The notes beneath the pieces were generated by a model. It was not told where the DNA came from. It saw nothing but the letters and a program-made list of their open reading frames with translations, and did no database searches. 59,180 bases of DNA from Nitrospira sp. (GTDB lineage: Bacteria > Nitrospirota > Nitrospiria > Nitrospirales > Nitrospiraceae): positions 1 through 59,180 of the forward strand of contig VGXF01000010.1 of the NCBI GenBank assembly GCA_016873435.1, read 5' to 3'. Below are positions 20,166-30,237 of the stretch, in pieces. How positions within the stretch are numbered: the first letter of the stretch is position 1; each line of letters begins with the position of its first letter. A program made the position numbers and the translations under genes.

Positions 20166-20627
20166 TTACAGTAGCCCCAGTTCGTTTTTAACCAATTGAA
20201 TGGTATTGGCCGCGCTCTGTGGGACGGCTGCATCATAGGGAACCCAAGAGCTTGTCAGTGGCATCCAGTCGCCGGACTTGCCTTCGTACCAGACCTGAAC
20301 AGTGATGCGCGTGGACGTCTCGTCTTCAGCGGCGAGCGTGACCGTGACCTTGCTGCGCATGATGCCGAACCGCGACGTATAGAGCCAGTTGTAGTTGGAG
20401 ATTTCCTTCCGATAGCCCGTCCGGATCTCCGAGTCGCTGTTGGCGTCCCGCTCAACCTCGTAGCCGCCCTGCGTCAGTACCTCCACGAGGGCGTGGCGGA
20501 CAGCTGAAGCGGGGGCTTCCAGAATGACATCGGCGGTGCTGGCGGACGGTTGGGCTGGTGTGGCGGAGCAACTGCCCAGCAGTGTGCCGGTGAGGATCAT
20601 GAGCAAGGCGTAAGGGGAAGCCGACAT
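20166..20627 (-). CDS. lipoprotein (hypothetical)
   Basis: Signal peptide plus lipobox LGSC. Confidence 0.5.
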   Translation of the reverse strand: MSASPYALLMILTGTLLGSCSATPAQPSASTADVILEAPASAVRHALVEVLTQGGYEVERDANSDSEIRTGYRKEISNYNWLYTSRFGIMRSKVTVTLAAEDETSTRITVQVWYEGKSGDWMPLTSSWVPYDAAVPQSAANTIQLVKNELGLL

Positions 20628-20820
20628 AGGCGCTCCATGCGATTACTTCAATGAGACGCGCATTTTGACGCGCTGGCCATCCACTTAGCGGGTCAGGTTC
20701 TTTCCCGGCCCAGTGGGATCGCCCCCGCAGGCTTCTGGATCGTACACGCAACAGAAGTGCGTCTGGCCGCTCGGGTATATCCAGTAAAAGAGGATATCCT
20801 GATCCGTCCGTGTTTCCGTG

Positions 20821-21435
20821 TCATGGGCGCTCTCTGGCTACACGCAGGCGGTTCTCGCCCACGATAGTCCGGGGGGCGTCTTTGAACAGGTCGGGAAACT
20901 GTTCCGCCACCTGCGGGTAAAAGTTCGGATACCACGTTTGCAGACAATCCGGGCAGATGCCCTGCGTCAGCCTGGTGCCGGTCTGTCTTTCCAGATATTG
21001 TTCCACCTGGTTCCAGTGACCCGTGTGGTCGTGGACTTTGCGGCAGGAGGCGCATATCGGCAGCAGATCGCGCAGCCAATCCGCCTGCGCGCGGGCCTGC
21101 GTCCGCTGCCAGGCCAGGGCAAAAACGATCCAGATGGCGGTGATGGCCAATGCCCGGTTGCTGACGGCTATCCAGCCCGGGATGCCCGGTGAAGAAAAGA
21201 AATAGCCCAGGAGAGTCAGTCCCGTACAGGCGACCACAACCGCTACTCGGAACCAGTGCTGGCGGCAGTCCGTGGAGATCAGGATTGGAACGATGTACAG
21301 CATTGGAATGGCGACTCCGCGCGGAAGCATCAGATCCACCCCGAAAATCAACACTGTCAGTCCAGCGGTGAGTGCCAGCTGTGCCTGCGCCAACTTCTCC
21401 TGAGGGTGTCGGTTGGGCATGAAGCGGTTGTCCAC
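20821..21435 (-). CDS. membrane protein with C-terminal Cys/His cluster (hypothetical)
   Basis: 4-5 TM helices, then CASCRKVHDHTGHW...GICPDCLQ. Confidence 0.55.
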   Translation of the reverse strand: MDNRFMPNRHPQEKLAQAQLALTAGLTVLIFGVDLMLPRGVAIPMLYIVPILISTDCRQHWFRVAVVVACTGLTLLGYFFSSPGIPGWIAVSNRALAITAIWIVFALAWQRTQARAQADWLRDLLPICASCRKVHDHTGHWNQVEQYLERQTGTRLTQGICPDCLQTWYPNFYPQVAEQFPDLFKDAPRTIVGENRLRVARERP

Positions 21436-21926
21436 GTGGTTATTCTCCGGACAGAAAGGCGGTCATGAGTTTTTCACATTCGTCAACTTTAAAACTTTCG
21501 TCACACGTCCCATTTTAACCCATTCAGCTCAATCCGAGCAAAGACTTATGCGGTAAAACTATTTGGTCTGAAAATGAAAAGAGCGGCAGGGCGAGGCTTC
21601 GAATTCAAACCAGCCTGGCATGCAGATCCGTACAAACCAGCCTGCCCACTAGAGTCAATGATCTTCATCCTACTTTCTAGAACCCAAGTTGTAGTATTCC
21701 CCCGATTGTAATTTAAAAGCTGAGGACGAAAAGTTTTTGGATGCATGTCAGCGTACAATCACGATGGGTAAAGTATGCGCATTATAGTTCTCGGAGTGAT
21801 TGAAAGATGGTGGCCCGATACGAATTAAACAAACGAAAAGCGGCTAACGAAAAACTTTTTGACAACAAAATCAATTATTTAGAACCGATAAGTATACAAA
21901 ATGTACAACTTTTTCAGTGTCGAATT

Positions 21927-22003
21927 TGGTGCCCCCGACCCGAATTGAACGGGTGACCTGCGGTTTAGGAAACCGACGCTCTATCCAACTGAGCTACGGG
22001 GGC
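21927..22003 (-). tRNA. tRNA-Arg (anticodon CCT)
   Basis: 77-nt cloverleaf on the minus strand. Acceptor GCCCCCG/CGGGGGC, D-arm GCTC-AGTTGGATA-GAGC, anticodon loop TTCCTAA, T-arm ACCCG-TTCAATT-CGGGT, CCA encoded. U27:C43 is mismatched. Confidence 0.85.
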
Positions 22004-22038
22004 GTGGTAAGCACGATACTCGCCCAGGCGGAGAAAGT

Positions 22039-23424
22039 CTAGCGAGTGGGGGGTACGGTGGGGACGGTGGGTTTGACGTAGAGCGCGTCAGGCGTGGGGA
22101 TTTGGTCGAGTAGGTCGGCCCGGCCCTGGTGGATGCCGGGCAGGCCGGTGCCCATCGCATAGACCAGCCCACCGGTTCGTTTGCCTAGGACGAGACGAGC
22201 CTTGGCGCCGTTCTTGGCGGTGGCGATGAGTTCCGCAGCCGGCGACGAAAGGCCGTAGGGGGCCAGCGGCCCCGCGTCCTTCACGACCCGAAACTCTGAA
22301 GGAAAACTACTGACCCGTCCGAGTAGCACAATGACTTCGTTACGGTCGATTTCCTTTGTCGGATCGTCTTCCAGCACCCATCCGGTCACGTCGATCTTGA
22401 TGGTGTACTGCTGGTCGCGTGTCTTTATGGACAGGGCGACGATATCCTCCGCCTCAAGTCCGAGCAGGCGCTTGTCTTGTAGGGCCAGCACATCCTTCGT
22501 GAAATCATGGAGGGCGGTCTGGCTGATCTTATAAATCGGCGCGGCGGGCGTCGTTACAGCGAAGGCCTCGCCGCTGGAGGGAACCGGCTGGTAGAGCTTC
22601 AGCGTGTAATCCACGCCGCCCATGGTGGCGGTCAGCCTGATGAGCGGGGTCCCCAGTGTGGCGGCCAGGTTGTCCCGTTCCGGTCCTGGGTCCACAAACG
22701 CAAGGGCTTTAAGGTCTTCGAGTTTGATTAACAGATTGCGTACCTCAGGCTGGTCAGCCCGGGCGTCGATGGGGAAGCGAAGTTGCCAGCGCTGTTTTTG
22801 TTTGTCGTCCAGGAGGCGCTCCAGTAACACTTCCGTTCTGGGATTCTGCAGCCGCAGCCGGTCGATTTTGGCCTGCTGCACCGGCAGGACTTCTTTCTTT
22901 CTCAGATTGGCCAGGGTCTTGTTCAGCACCAGTTTTGGCGGAAGATCGGTGAGCAACACGTTCTGGTCCGTGCCACGTCGCACGTAGAGTGTGGAGGAGA
23001 GCGGTCCGATGTCTCCCAGCGCGAGCATTTCCATTCGGTCGCCTGCCGTGAGTGTGAAGGTCACGGCGGGGGTCGCCAGTCCATACGGCTCGAGCGATGC
23101 GGCCTGCTCCTCGACGACCCGGCTGACCGTGCCCAGCGCCAGCTCCCGAAGGATGGCACCGACTGCCTGTGCGTCGGCCTCGGTCTTGATAGGGGCGGTG
23201 ATGGTCCAAGTCCGGTTGTCGTCCAGCGCAAGTACGACAGCAGGGCCCGCTTCCGAACGGACCGTCAGGCCGATCACCTCCTGATCGGTGAAGGGCAAGA
23301 GTTTTTTGGCCTCGGCCTCAGTGCGCGTCTTGATCTGTTCGGACGGCATCTCGACGAAGTAAAGATGGGTGCCGAGCCCTGCCAGCAGCGCCGCTAAGGC
23401 AATGGTCGGACCGTATTGCTTCAT
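22039..23424 (-). CDS. DUF4340 domain protein (GldG-associated)
   Basis: Signal/anchor. The repeated beta-rich architecture is typical of DUF4340 found downstream of GldG. Confidence 0.65.
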   Translation of the reverse strand: MKQYGPTIALAALLAGLGTHLYFVEMPSEQIKTRTEAEAKKLLPFTDQEVIGLTVRSEAGPAVVLALDDNRTWTITAPIKTEADAQAVGAILRELALGTVSRVVEEQAASLEPYGLATPAVTFTLTAGDRMEMLALGDIGPLSSTLYVRRGTDQNVLLTDLPPKLVLNKTLANLRKKEVLPVQQAKIDRLRLQNPRTEVLLERLLDDKQKQRWQLRFPIDARADQPEVRNLLIKLEDLKALAFVDPGPERDNLAATLGTPLIRLTATMGGVDYTLKLYQPVPSSGEAFAVTTPAAPIYKISQTALHDFTKDVLALQDKRLLGLEAEDIVALSIKTRDQQYTIKIDVTGWVLEDDPTKEIDRNEVIVLLGRVSSFPSEFRVVKDAGPLAPYGLSSPAAELIATAKNGAKARLVLGKRTGGLVYAMGTGLPGIHQGRADLLDQIPTPDALYVKPTVPTVPPTR

Positions 23425-23519
23425 ACGTGGGCCAGTGGAGAATGAACAGGTGGGCATTGAGGGGAGACGATCCTGAGAGGGGGCGAGCAAATCATCGCGT
23501 TATACGCTCAACTCTGCGC

Positions 23520-25040
23520 TCACAAGCGTTTCCGCCGGCGCCAGGTCGTCAGTCCCCAGATGACCGTCACGATGGGCAGCAACAGCACCTGGACATAGAG
23601 AAGCGTCCGTTCCTGCAGGGGATTCGGAATGAAGGGACGCAGAGCTGGCTCCTTGGGCATGATCGAGATCAACTCGCGCTCCTCGGCCAGCCACCCCATA
23701 ATGTGCAGCAGGAAGTCTGTGTTGCCGGGGAAATTCATGTAGGCATTGCTGGCGAACGACGAGTTGCCGACAACGACGACCGCGGGCTGGCGCTGACCGT
23801 CCTCCGCGAGCTTTTTCGGCACGCCGGCTACCGCTAGGCTCAGCGGGCCCTTGATGTCGTCCCGGTCATTCAATTGGAACGCGCCACCTTTCGCGTGCAT
23901 GACGGCCCGGCTCTGCGGCGATGTCTGCGCCAGCGGCGTGACCGTCCAGGTCTTCTCGTCAAAATTGAGGTGGTGCGAGTCAGGAAACAGCACGACGGAC
24001 GTCAAGTCGTGGGTGATTTCATGTTCAACGAACCGCCGGACCAGGAGGAAATTAATACCGCCCTGCGCCAGCTTATCTTGAAAATCCACCAGGACGCCCT
24101 TGCCCGTGGTCACATCCCAGCGTGCGAGTAGCGGATCGAGGCCGGCCTGCGACTCCGGATCCAGTAGCACCAGCAGACGGCCGCCGCGGTCCACGTAACG
24201 CGCGATCCGTTCCTGCTCCTCCCCCGTGACGGGCCGCCGCGGACCGGGCAGGACAAGCACGGCGGTGTTGGCGGGCACGGCGGATTCCTGCACGAGGGTC
24301 AGCGTGCCGACCTCGTAGCCCTGCTTCTCCAGCGACGCTTTGACGGTCGAGATGCCGTCCTTGTTCGGATTGTCCACGCCCCGCTCGCCGTGCCCTTCAA
24401 GGAAGACGATCCGTTTTTTCTGGTCCCGTGTCACGCGGATCAACGCGCCGGTGAGCTCCGCCTCGGAAGCGGCGGCCACGCGGGTGGTCTGCCCACCGCT
24501 CTCGACAACGGCCATGTCCGCCCGGGTCACGCTGTACTGGCGGGCGACGCCAGGCTTCCGGTCCGGATCCACGTAGTCGACGCGCAGCTTGTTACTGTGA
24601 GAACGGTAACTGTCGAGCAGGTCGCGATACGTATTAAAGGCCGCGCTGCGCTCCTGAGTGAAGACCGTGATCCGGACCTCGCGTGTCAGCCCGCGTAGCA
24701 CGCGATGCGTTTGCGGTGCGAGCGTGAAGTGCTGGGTCTCAGAGACATCCCATTGGATGACGTGGTGAGCCGCCAGAAAATTCACGATGACCAGGATGCC
24801 CGCCAAGAGCGCGACCATCAGCACACTGTGGGCGCCCAGGCGCGTCGAGCGCCGCGTGGAGAAGGCCTTGAGTGTTTCAAAATGCAGGACGAAAAACGCG
24901 ATCAAGGCGATGAGCGCGAGCCCCTCGCACAGAGAAACGAGCCAGAGTGCGTCGGGCGTGAGGCTGTAAGCGATAAAGCCACCTACGCCAAGCGAGGCGC
25001 CGACGATGCCGAGGATGGACGCGAGCCGGTTCATGCCCAT
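23520..25040 (-). CDS. GldG-family ABC-type auxiliary component
   Basis: N- and C-terminal TM anchors and a large periplasmic domain (VFLEGHGE motif). Overlaps the permease gene by 10 nt. Confidence 0.75.
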   Translation of the reverse strand: MGMNRLASILGIVGASLGVGGFIAYSLTPDALWLVSLCEGLALIALIAFFVLHFETLKAFSTRRSTRLGAHSVLMVALLAGILVIVNFLAAHHVIQWDVSETQHFTLAPQTHRVLRGLTREVRITVFTQERSAAFNTYRDLLDSYRSHSNKLRVDYVDPDRKPGVARQYSVTRADMAVVESGGQTTRVAAASEAELTGALIRVTRDQKKRIVFLEGHGERGVDNPNKDGISTVKASLEKQGYEVGTLTLVQESAVPANTAVLVLPGPRRPVTGEEQERIARYVDRGGRLLVLLDPESQAGLDPLLARWDVTTGKGVLVDFQDKLAQGGINFLLVRRFVEHEITHDLTSVVLFPDSHHLNFDEKTWTVTPLAQTSPQSRAVMHAKGGAFQLNDRDDIKGPLSLAVAGVPKKLAEDGQRQPAVVVVGNSSFASNAYMNFPGNTDFLLHIMGWLAEERELISIMPKEPALRPFIPNPLQERTLLYVQVLLLPIVTVIWGLTTWRRRKRL

Positions 25041-25801
25041 CGCTGCGAGTCCACGACCCGGTGCGTCAGGAAGAGCATGAACACAATGCCGGAGACATAA
25101 TACACGAGATCTTTCGTGTCGATCAGGCCACGAACCAGTCGGTCGTAATGCTCAATAAAGGAGAGATAGGCGATTGCATTGCCGGCGGGCGTGTCGCCCA
25201 GAATGGAGCCCATGGCGCCCAGTAGCCAGACGAGCAGGAGCAAGCCGAAGCTCAGGAACGCCGCCACGATCTGGTTTTCCGTCATGGCCGAGGCGAAGAG
25301 GCCGACGGCGAGAAACAGCGCGCCCATGAGGAGCAGGCCAAGATAACCGGTGAACACCGGCGCCCAGTCGAAACTGTTGAAGACCGCCAGCACGACGGGG
25401 ACGACCCCGGTTAAGGCTAGCATGCTCAGGTAGATCAGGAGCACGGCGGCGAATTTTCCAGCGACGATCTCGCTGATGCTGACCGGCGAGGTCATCAGTA
25501 GTTCAAAGGTCCGCAGCTTCCGCTCCTCCGAGAAGACGCGCATGGTCAGCAGCGGCAAGACGAGTAGCAGGATGATGGCCGCGCTGTAGAACGTGGGACG
25601 GAAGACCAGATCATTCAGATTGATGTTCGCCGCCATTCCCTGGATTTGCATGAGTCGAATGGACTGTGCGCTGGCGTTCACGACGGCGATATAGGACAGC
25701 ATGCCAAAAATCAGGACGAAGACGGCGGCGACGACGTAGATGATCGGCGAGGTGAAGGCCGAGCGCAGCTCGCGTCTGGCGATGGCTTGTGCGGCGGTCA
25801 T
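25031..25801 (-). CDS. ABC-2 type transporter permease (GldF-like)
   Basis: Six TM helices with ABC-2 family features. ATGA overlap with the ATPase gene. Confidence 0.8.
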   Translation of the reverse strand: MTAAQAIARRELRSAFTSPIIYVVAAVFVLIFGMLSYIAVVNASAQSIRLMQIQGMAANINLNDLVFRPTFYSAAIILLLVLPLLTMRVFSEERKLRTFELLMTSPVSISEIVAGKFAAVLLIYLSMLALTGVVPVVLAVFNSFDWAPVFTGYLGLLLMGALFLAVGLFASAMTENQIVAAFLSFGLLLLVWLLGAMGSILGDTPAGNAIAYLSFIEHYDRLVRGLIDTKDLVYYVSGIVFMLFLTHRVVDSQRWA

Positions 25802-26739
25802 GCCTGCACCTCCGGCGCATCGTGTTGCGTCAGCCGGAGGAAGACGTCCTCGAGTGTCATCGAGATCGTGGTCAGTTCCTGGAGCCCCCAGCCGTTCGTG
25901 ACGACGACGCGGGCCAGTTCGTCCCTGAGGTCGTGGCCCAGGGCGCAGTCGACCAGCCAGGCCCTGCTGGTGGCCTGCGAGAACACGCTGACCACGCCGG
26001 GCAGGCCGCGCAACTTGTCGGCGAAATCCGGCGGCGGGTTTTTCACGGTCAGGCTGATTGTTTCTGAGCGGCGCAGCCGCGCCGACAGATGTTCCGGCGT
26101 GTCCACCGCGACGATCCGGCCCTCGTTGATGATGACAACGCGCTGGCAGACTGCGGTCGCCTCCGGCAGAATGTGAGTGCTAAGAATGATCGTATGCGAA
26201 CCGGCCAGGCTCTTAATGAGCTGCCGAATTTCGATGATCTGCTTGGGGTCGAGGCCGGTGGTCGGCTCATCGAGGATCAGCACGGGCGGATCGTGCAGGA
26301 GTGCCTGGGCCAGCCCGACACGCTGACGATAGCCGCGTGACAGGTTGCCGATTAAGCGGTGCCGTACGTCGCCAAGGGACGTCTGCTCGATCACCAGCGG
26401 CAGCCGTTGACGGAGTGCCGCGGCTGGCATGTGTTTGAGACGGCCCGTGAAGGTCAGATATTCCGTGACAGTCAATTCCTGGTAAACCGGCGGGGTTTCC
26501 GGCAGATAGCCGATGCGGCGCTTCACCTCCATCGGCTGCGCGAAGCAGTCGAATCCGTCCACCGTCGCCGTGCCCTCAGTGGCCGGCATGAAGCCGGTCA
26601 GGATGCGCATGGTGGTGGTTTTGCCGGCGCCGTTCGGTCCGAGAAAGGCGAGGACCTCGCCGTTGCTCACGGAAAAGCTGACCCGCTCGATCGCGGTGCG
26701 GTCGCCGTAACGTTTGGTGATCTGTTGAACGTCGATCAT
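25798..26739 (-). CDS. ABC transporter ATP-binding protein
   Basis: Walker A GPNGAGKTT, signature LSRGYRQR, Walker B ILDEPT. The start is set at MIDVQQ. The ORF track extends upstream into GC-rich non-coding sequence. Confidence 0.9.
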   Translation of the reverse strand: MIDVQQITKRYGDRTAIERVSFSVSNGEVLAFLGPNGAGKTTTMRILTGFMPATEGTATVDGFDCFAQPMEVKRRIGYLPETPPVYQELTVTEYLTFTGRLKHMPAAALRQRLPLVIEQTSLGDVRHRLIGNLSRGYRQRVGLAQALLHDPPVLILDEPTTGLDPKQIIEIRQLIKSLAGSHTIILSTHILPEATAVCQRVVIINEGRIVAVDTPEHLSARLRRSETISLTVKNPPPDFADKLRGLPGVVSVFSQATSRAWLVDCALGHDLRDELARVVVTNGWGLQELTTISMTLEDVFLRLTQHDAPEVQA

Positions 26740-26895
26740 GCAGAGAACATTGACCGGCTGGATATTAGCGACCGGATAGGGGTCCGTCAAGAGTGCCCAC
26801 TGCTGTTTTGATAAGATGAGTAAATCTGTTACAGTCGGGCTCGTGGTCGGAGCGGACCGCCAATGGCACAACACTAAATTTCTATCAGGCCGGAG

Positions 26896-27546
26896 ATGGG
26901 GGGTATTGTGAGTAAGGGCACGGGAATTGTAGCGGTCGGATTGTGGTGTTTGGCGCTCATGGGGTGCGTGGGCAAGGGGGAGGTTGTGCAGTTGAATCTG
27001 CATGCGGTTCTGCCGGCCGACACCCGAAAAGTCTCCCTGCCCGCGGACACCATCGTGGTGGTGGCCGAGTTTGAGGACGGCCGGTCTAACAGACAGCGCG
27101 TGGGCGCGCGCGTCCATCAGGGCGGCGGCGAAACGGTGTTCAATGTCTGGAACGGACGGGCCGGATTGGTGGTGGCCCAGGTGATCACCGACTATCTCAA
27201 GAAGCGGGGCTGGCAGGTGGAGCTGGGCACGACGAGGACGGGCACGGCGCCGGATAGCGGGCCGCACGTGATGATCTCTGGACGCGTAGTGGAGCTGGCC
27301 GTCGACGCAAAGAGCGCCTTCGGGTCCACGCAGATCGCCGCTTCTTCACGGATTATCGTCGAGGCAATGAACGCCGAGGACGGCAGTCTTGCTCGAATGA
27401 CGCTCAAGGGGGCTGCCTCTCAGACTGTGGTCGTGTTCGATCAAGACGCTGCGGAACATCTGCTCAGCGCCGCTCTGTCGGAGAGTTTGGAGAAATTCGT
27501 CTTGGAGACGACGGTCGAGAAAAAAATCTTGAAACTGAAGCCCTAA
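26896..27546 (+). CDS. lipoprotein (hypothetical)
   Basis: Lipobox LMGC. Divergent from the ABC operon. Confidence 0.5.
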   Translation: MGGIVSKGTGIVAVGLWCLALMGCVGKGEVVQLNLHAVLPADTRKVSLPADTIVVVAEFEDGRSNRQRVGARVHQGGGETVFNVWNGRAGLVVAQVITDYLKKRGWQVELGTTRTGTAPDSGPHVMISGRVVELAVDAKSAFGSTQIAASSRIIVEAMNAEDGSLARMTLKGAASQTVVVFDQDAAEHLLSAALSESLEKFVLETTVEKKILKLKP

Positions 27547-27552
27547 CTACCA

Positions 27553-27589
27553 CCTGCCGGTCCCCGGCAGGTCGGACCCACCTGTTTTT
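27553..27589 (+). terminator. intrinsic terminator-like hairpins
   Basis: CCTGCCGG-tcc-CCGGCAGG overlapping CAGGT-cggaccc-ACCTG, followed by TTTTT. Confidence 0.45.
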
Positions 27590-27983
27590 CCCATCCAGCA
27601 AATGTCCAGCACCTCGCCCTACTGGGCCGGCGCCAGGCTCGCCTTGTACGTGTGGACCAGCGCTTTGCCGGTGAGCGCCAAAAAATAGAGCCGCGGTAGG
27701 ATGAGGGCGATCGTGACGGCTCCGTACATGAGGACGGCGCGTAGCGTCTTCTATCCGCCGGTCGGACACACGAGCCGTCGGGGAGAGCGGGTACAGCGCC
27801 TAAGCCTGGACGGCGTCCCAGGCGATGGCCGGGAAGAAATGGACGGAAGGTCTGAAACAGCAGATAGGCGACCCCGGCCGCGAGGCCGAGCCGCACCAGC
27901 CGCGACGCCTGATGGAATCTCATGAAGCGAGGTCGCGCATGCGTCACGATCCTTAGGTAGGCGATCGGAAATGGTCACGGAGC

Positions 27984-30218
27984 GTGCATTTTGCCTTTTC
28001 CCCCGTCGCCGCGATAGCATGCGGGTCGATGGGAGCACCGGCGGAAGAGATCGAACGGCTTGTGCGGGCAGAACATTGGGATCCCCGCGCCGTGCTGGGG
28101 CTGCATCCAGACGGCGATCAACCGGGTCGGATGGTCGTCCGTGCCTTTCTGCCTGAAGCGGCGGAGGCCACGCTGCTGGTGGACGGCCATGCGATATCCA
28201 TGACTGTCGTGCACCGGGAGGGTCTCTACGAAGCCCCACTGCCGGGCAAGCCATCGATGGCGTACCACCTGCGCGTGACCGACCGGTGGGGGAATGTCAC
28301 GGAACGCCACGACCCCTATGCCTTTCCTCCACTCCTGTCTGATTTTGATATGCATCTCTTCACGGAGGGCACTCTCTACCGGGCCTATGAACAATTAGGC
28401 GCACATCTGCGCACGGTCGAGAGCGTGGGCGGCGTGCACTTCGCCCTCTGGGCGCCGAACGCACGGCGCGTCAGCGTCGTCGGCGATTTCAACGGCTGGG
28501 ATGGCCGCCGCCATGCGATGTGCAGCCGGGGCGTCTCGGGTTTATGGGAATTGTTTGTCCCCGATCTGCCGGCCGGTACGCTCTATAAATATGAAATCCA
28601 CCCGCGGGATGGCGATACGCCGTTTCTGAAGGCGGACCCGTATGCCTTCGCCGCTGAGCTTCGGCCCAAGACGGCTTCGGTGGTCTGTGATCTATCCACG
28701 CATCAGTGGTGCGACCAGGCCTGGATGGAGGCGCGCAGCCGGCGGGATCTGCTCGCGGCGCCGATCTCGATTTATGAAGTCCATCTCGGTTCTTGGGCGC
28801 GCGTCCCGGAGGAGGGGAACCGCTGGCTGACCTATGGCGAGCTGACGGCCAAGCTGATCCCCTATGTCAAGGACCTGGGCTACACCCATATCGAGTTAAT
28901 GCCGGTCACTGAGCATCCCTTTGATGGGTCCTGGGGCTATCAGACGACCGGCTACTTCGCGCCGACCAGCCGCTTCGGCACGCCAAAGGAGTTCATGGCT
29001 TTCGTGGATGCCTGTCACCGGGCGGACATCGGCGTAATCATGGATTGGGCCCCGTCGCATTTTCCAGACGACCCACACGGTCTGGCCTCCTTCGACGGCA
29101 CACATCTCTACGATCACCACGATCCGCGCCTTGGCTATCACCCGGAATGGCACAGCCGTATTTTCAATTTCGGGCGCGTGGAGGTCTGCAACTTCCTGAT
29201 AAACAGCGCGCTATTCTGGCTGGACCGGTATCACATCGATGGTCTGCGGGTTGACGCGGTCGCGTCCATGCTCTATCTGGATTACTCGCGCCAGCCCGGC
29301 GAGTGGATTCCCAATTCAGTCGGCGGACACGAAAACTTGGCGGCAATCGAATTTCTCAAGCAGCTCAACATCGCGGTGCACCGGGAGCATCCGGGCGTGT
29401 TGACGATCGCCGAAGAATCCACGGCGTGGCCCGACGTCTCGCACCCGACCTATACAGGCGGGCTCGGCTTCAGCCTTAAATGGAACATGGGCTGGATGCA
29501 TGACATGCTGCGGTACTTCAGTCTCGATCCCGTCTACCGAAAGCATGAGCACAACCACATCACGTTCGGGCTGCTGTATGCGTTCACTGAGAATTTTGTG
29601 TTGGTGCTGTCACATGACGAGGTGGTGCACGGCAAGCGCGCTCTGCTCGACAAGATGCCGGGGGATCTTTGGCAGAAGTTCGCTAACCTGCGCGCGCTCT
29701 ACGGGTACATGGTCGGGCATCCGGGCAAGAAGATGCTCTTCATGGGCGGCGAATTTGGCCAGTGGCACGAGTGGAATCATGACGCGAGTCTGCAATGGCA
29801 TCTGCTGGACTGCGACTTGCATCAGGGGCTCCAGTGCTGGGTGCGGGATCTGAACTGGCTGTACCAGCAGGAGCCGGCACTCCATCAGGTGGATTTCGAA
29901 GGGGCTGGATTTCAGTGGATTGAGTTCAACGACTCGGAGCAGTCCGTCGTGGCTTTTTCCCGAAAGGCCAGGTGTGAGGACGAGAGTATTGTCTGTGCCT
30001 GCAACTTCACACCGGTGCCGCGTTACGGCTATCGGATTGGCGTGCCGATGTCCGGACGTTACAAGGAGCTCCTCAACAGCGATGCTGCAGCCTACGGGGG
30101 TGGAAACGCAGGCAACCTCGGCGGGGTGGATGCCGAGCCGGTCCCCTGGCAGGGCTACCCCTGTTCGGTCGTACTCATGCTGCCGCCTCTTGCCGTGGTA
30201 TTTTTGAAACGGCAATAG
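27984..30218 (+). CDS. glgB: 1,4-alpha-glucan branching enzyme
   Basis: GH13 branching-enzyme motifs (DAVASMLY, EESTAWP, GEFGQW). GTG start at 27984; the alternative ATG is at 28029. Confidence 0.9.
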   Translation: MHFAFSPVAAIACGSMGAPAEEIERLVRAEHWDPRAVLGLHPDGDQPGRMVVRAFLPEAAEATLLVDGHAISMTVVHREGLYEAPLPGKPSMAYHLRVTDRWGNVTERHDPYAFPPLLSDFDMHLFTEGTLYRAYEQLGAHLRTVESVGGVHFALWAPNARRVSVVGDFNGWDGRRHAMCSRGVSGLWELFVPDLPAGTLYKYEIHPRDGDTPFLKADPYAFAAELRPKTASVVCDLSTHQWCDQAWMEARSRRDLLAAPISIYEVHLGSWARVPEEGNRWLTYGELTAKLIPYVKDLGYTHIELMPVTEHPFDGSWGYQTTGYFAPTSRFGTPKEFMAFVDACHRADIGVIMDWAPSHFPDDPHGLASFDGTHLYDHHDPRLGYHPEWHSRIFNFGRVEVCNFLINSALFWLDRYHIDGLRVDAVASMLYLDYSRQPGEWIPNSVGGHENLAAIEFLKQLNIAVHREHPGVLTIAEESTAWPDVSHPTYTGGLGFSLKWNMGWMHDMLRYFSLDPVYRKHEHNHITFGLLYAFTENFVLVLSHDEVVHGKRALLDKMPGDLWQKFANLRALYGYMVGHPGKKMLFMGGEFGQWHEWNHDASLQWHLLDCDLHQGLQCWVRDLNWLYQQEPALHQVDFEGAGFQWIEFNDSEQSVVAFSRKARCEDESIVCACNFTPVPRYGYRIGVPMSGRYKELLNSDAAAYGGGNAGNLGGVDAEPVPWQGYPCSVVLMLPPLAVVFLKRQ

Positions 30219-30237
30219 CTGCCTGGTCCATCCGACC

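Noticed and set aside
21546-21758. 70-aa minus-strand ORF inside the AT-rich island
   Set aside because: Low-complexity translation (MYADMHPKTFRPQLLNYNRGNTTTW...), AT-rich codon usage unlike the rest of the window, and no SD. More likely non-coding.
29610-30215. 201-aa minus-strand ORF inside glgB
   Set aside because: Antisense shadow of glgB.
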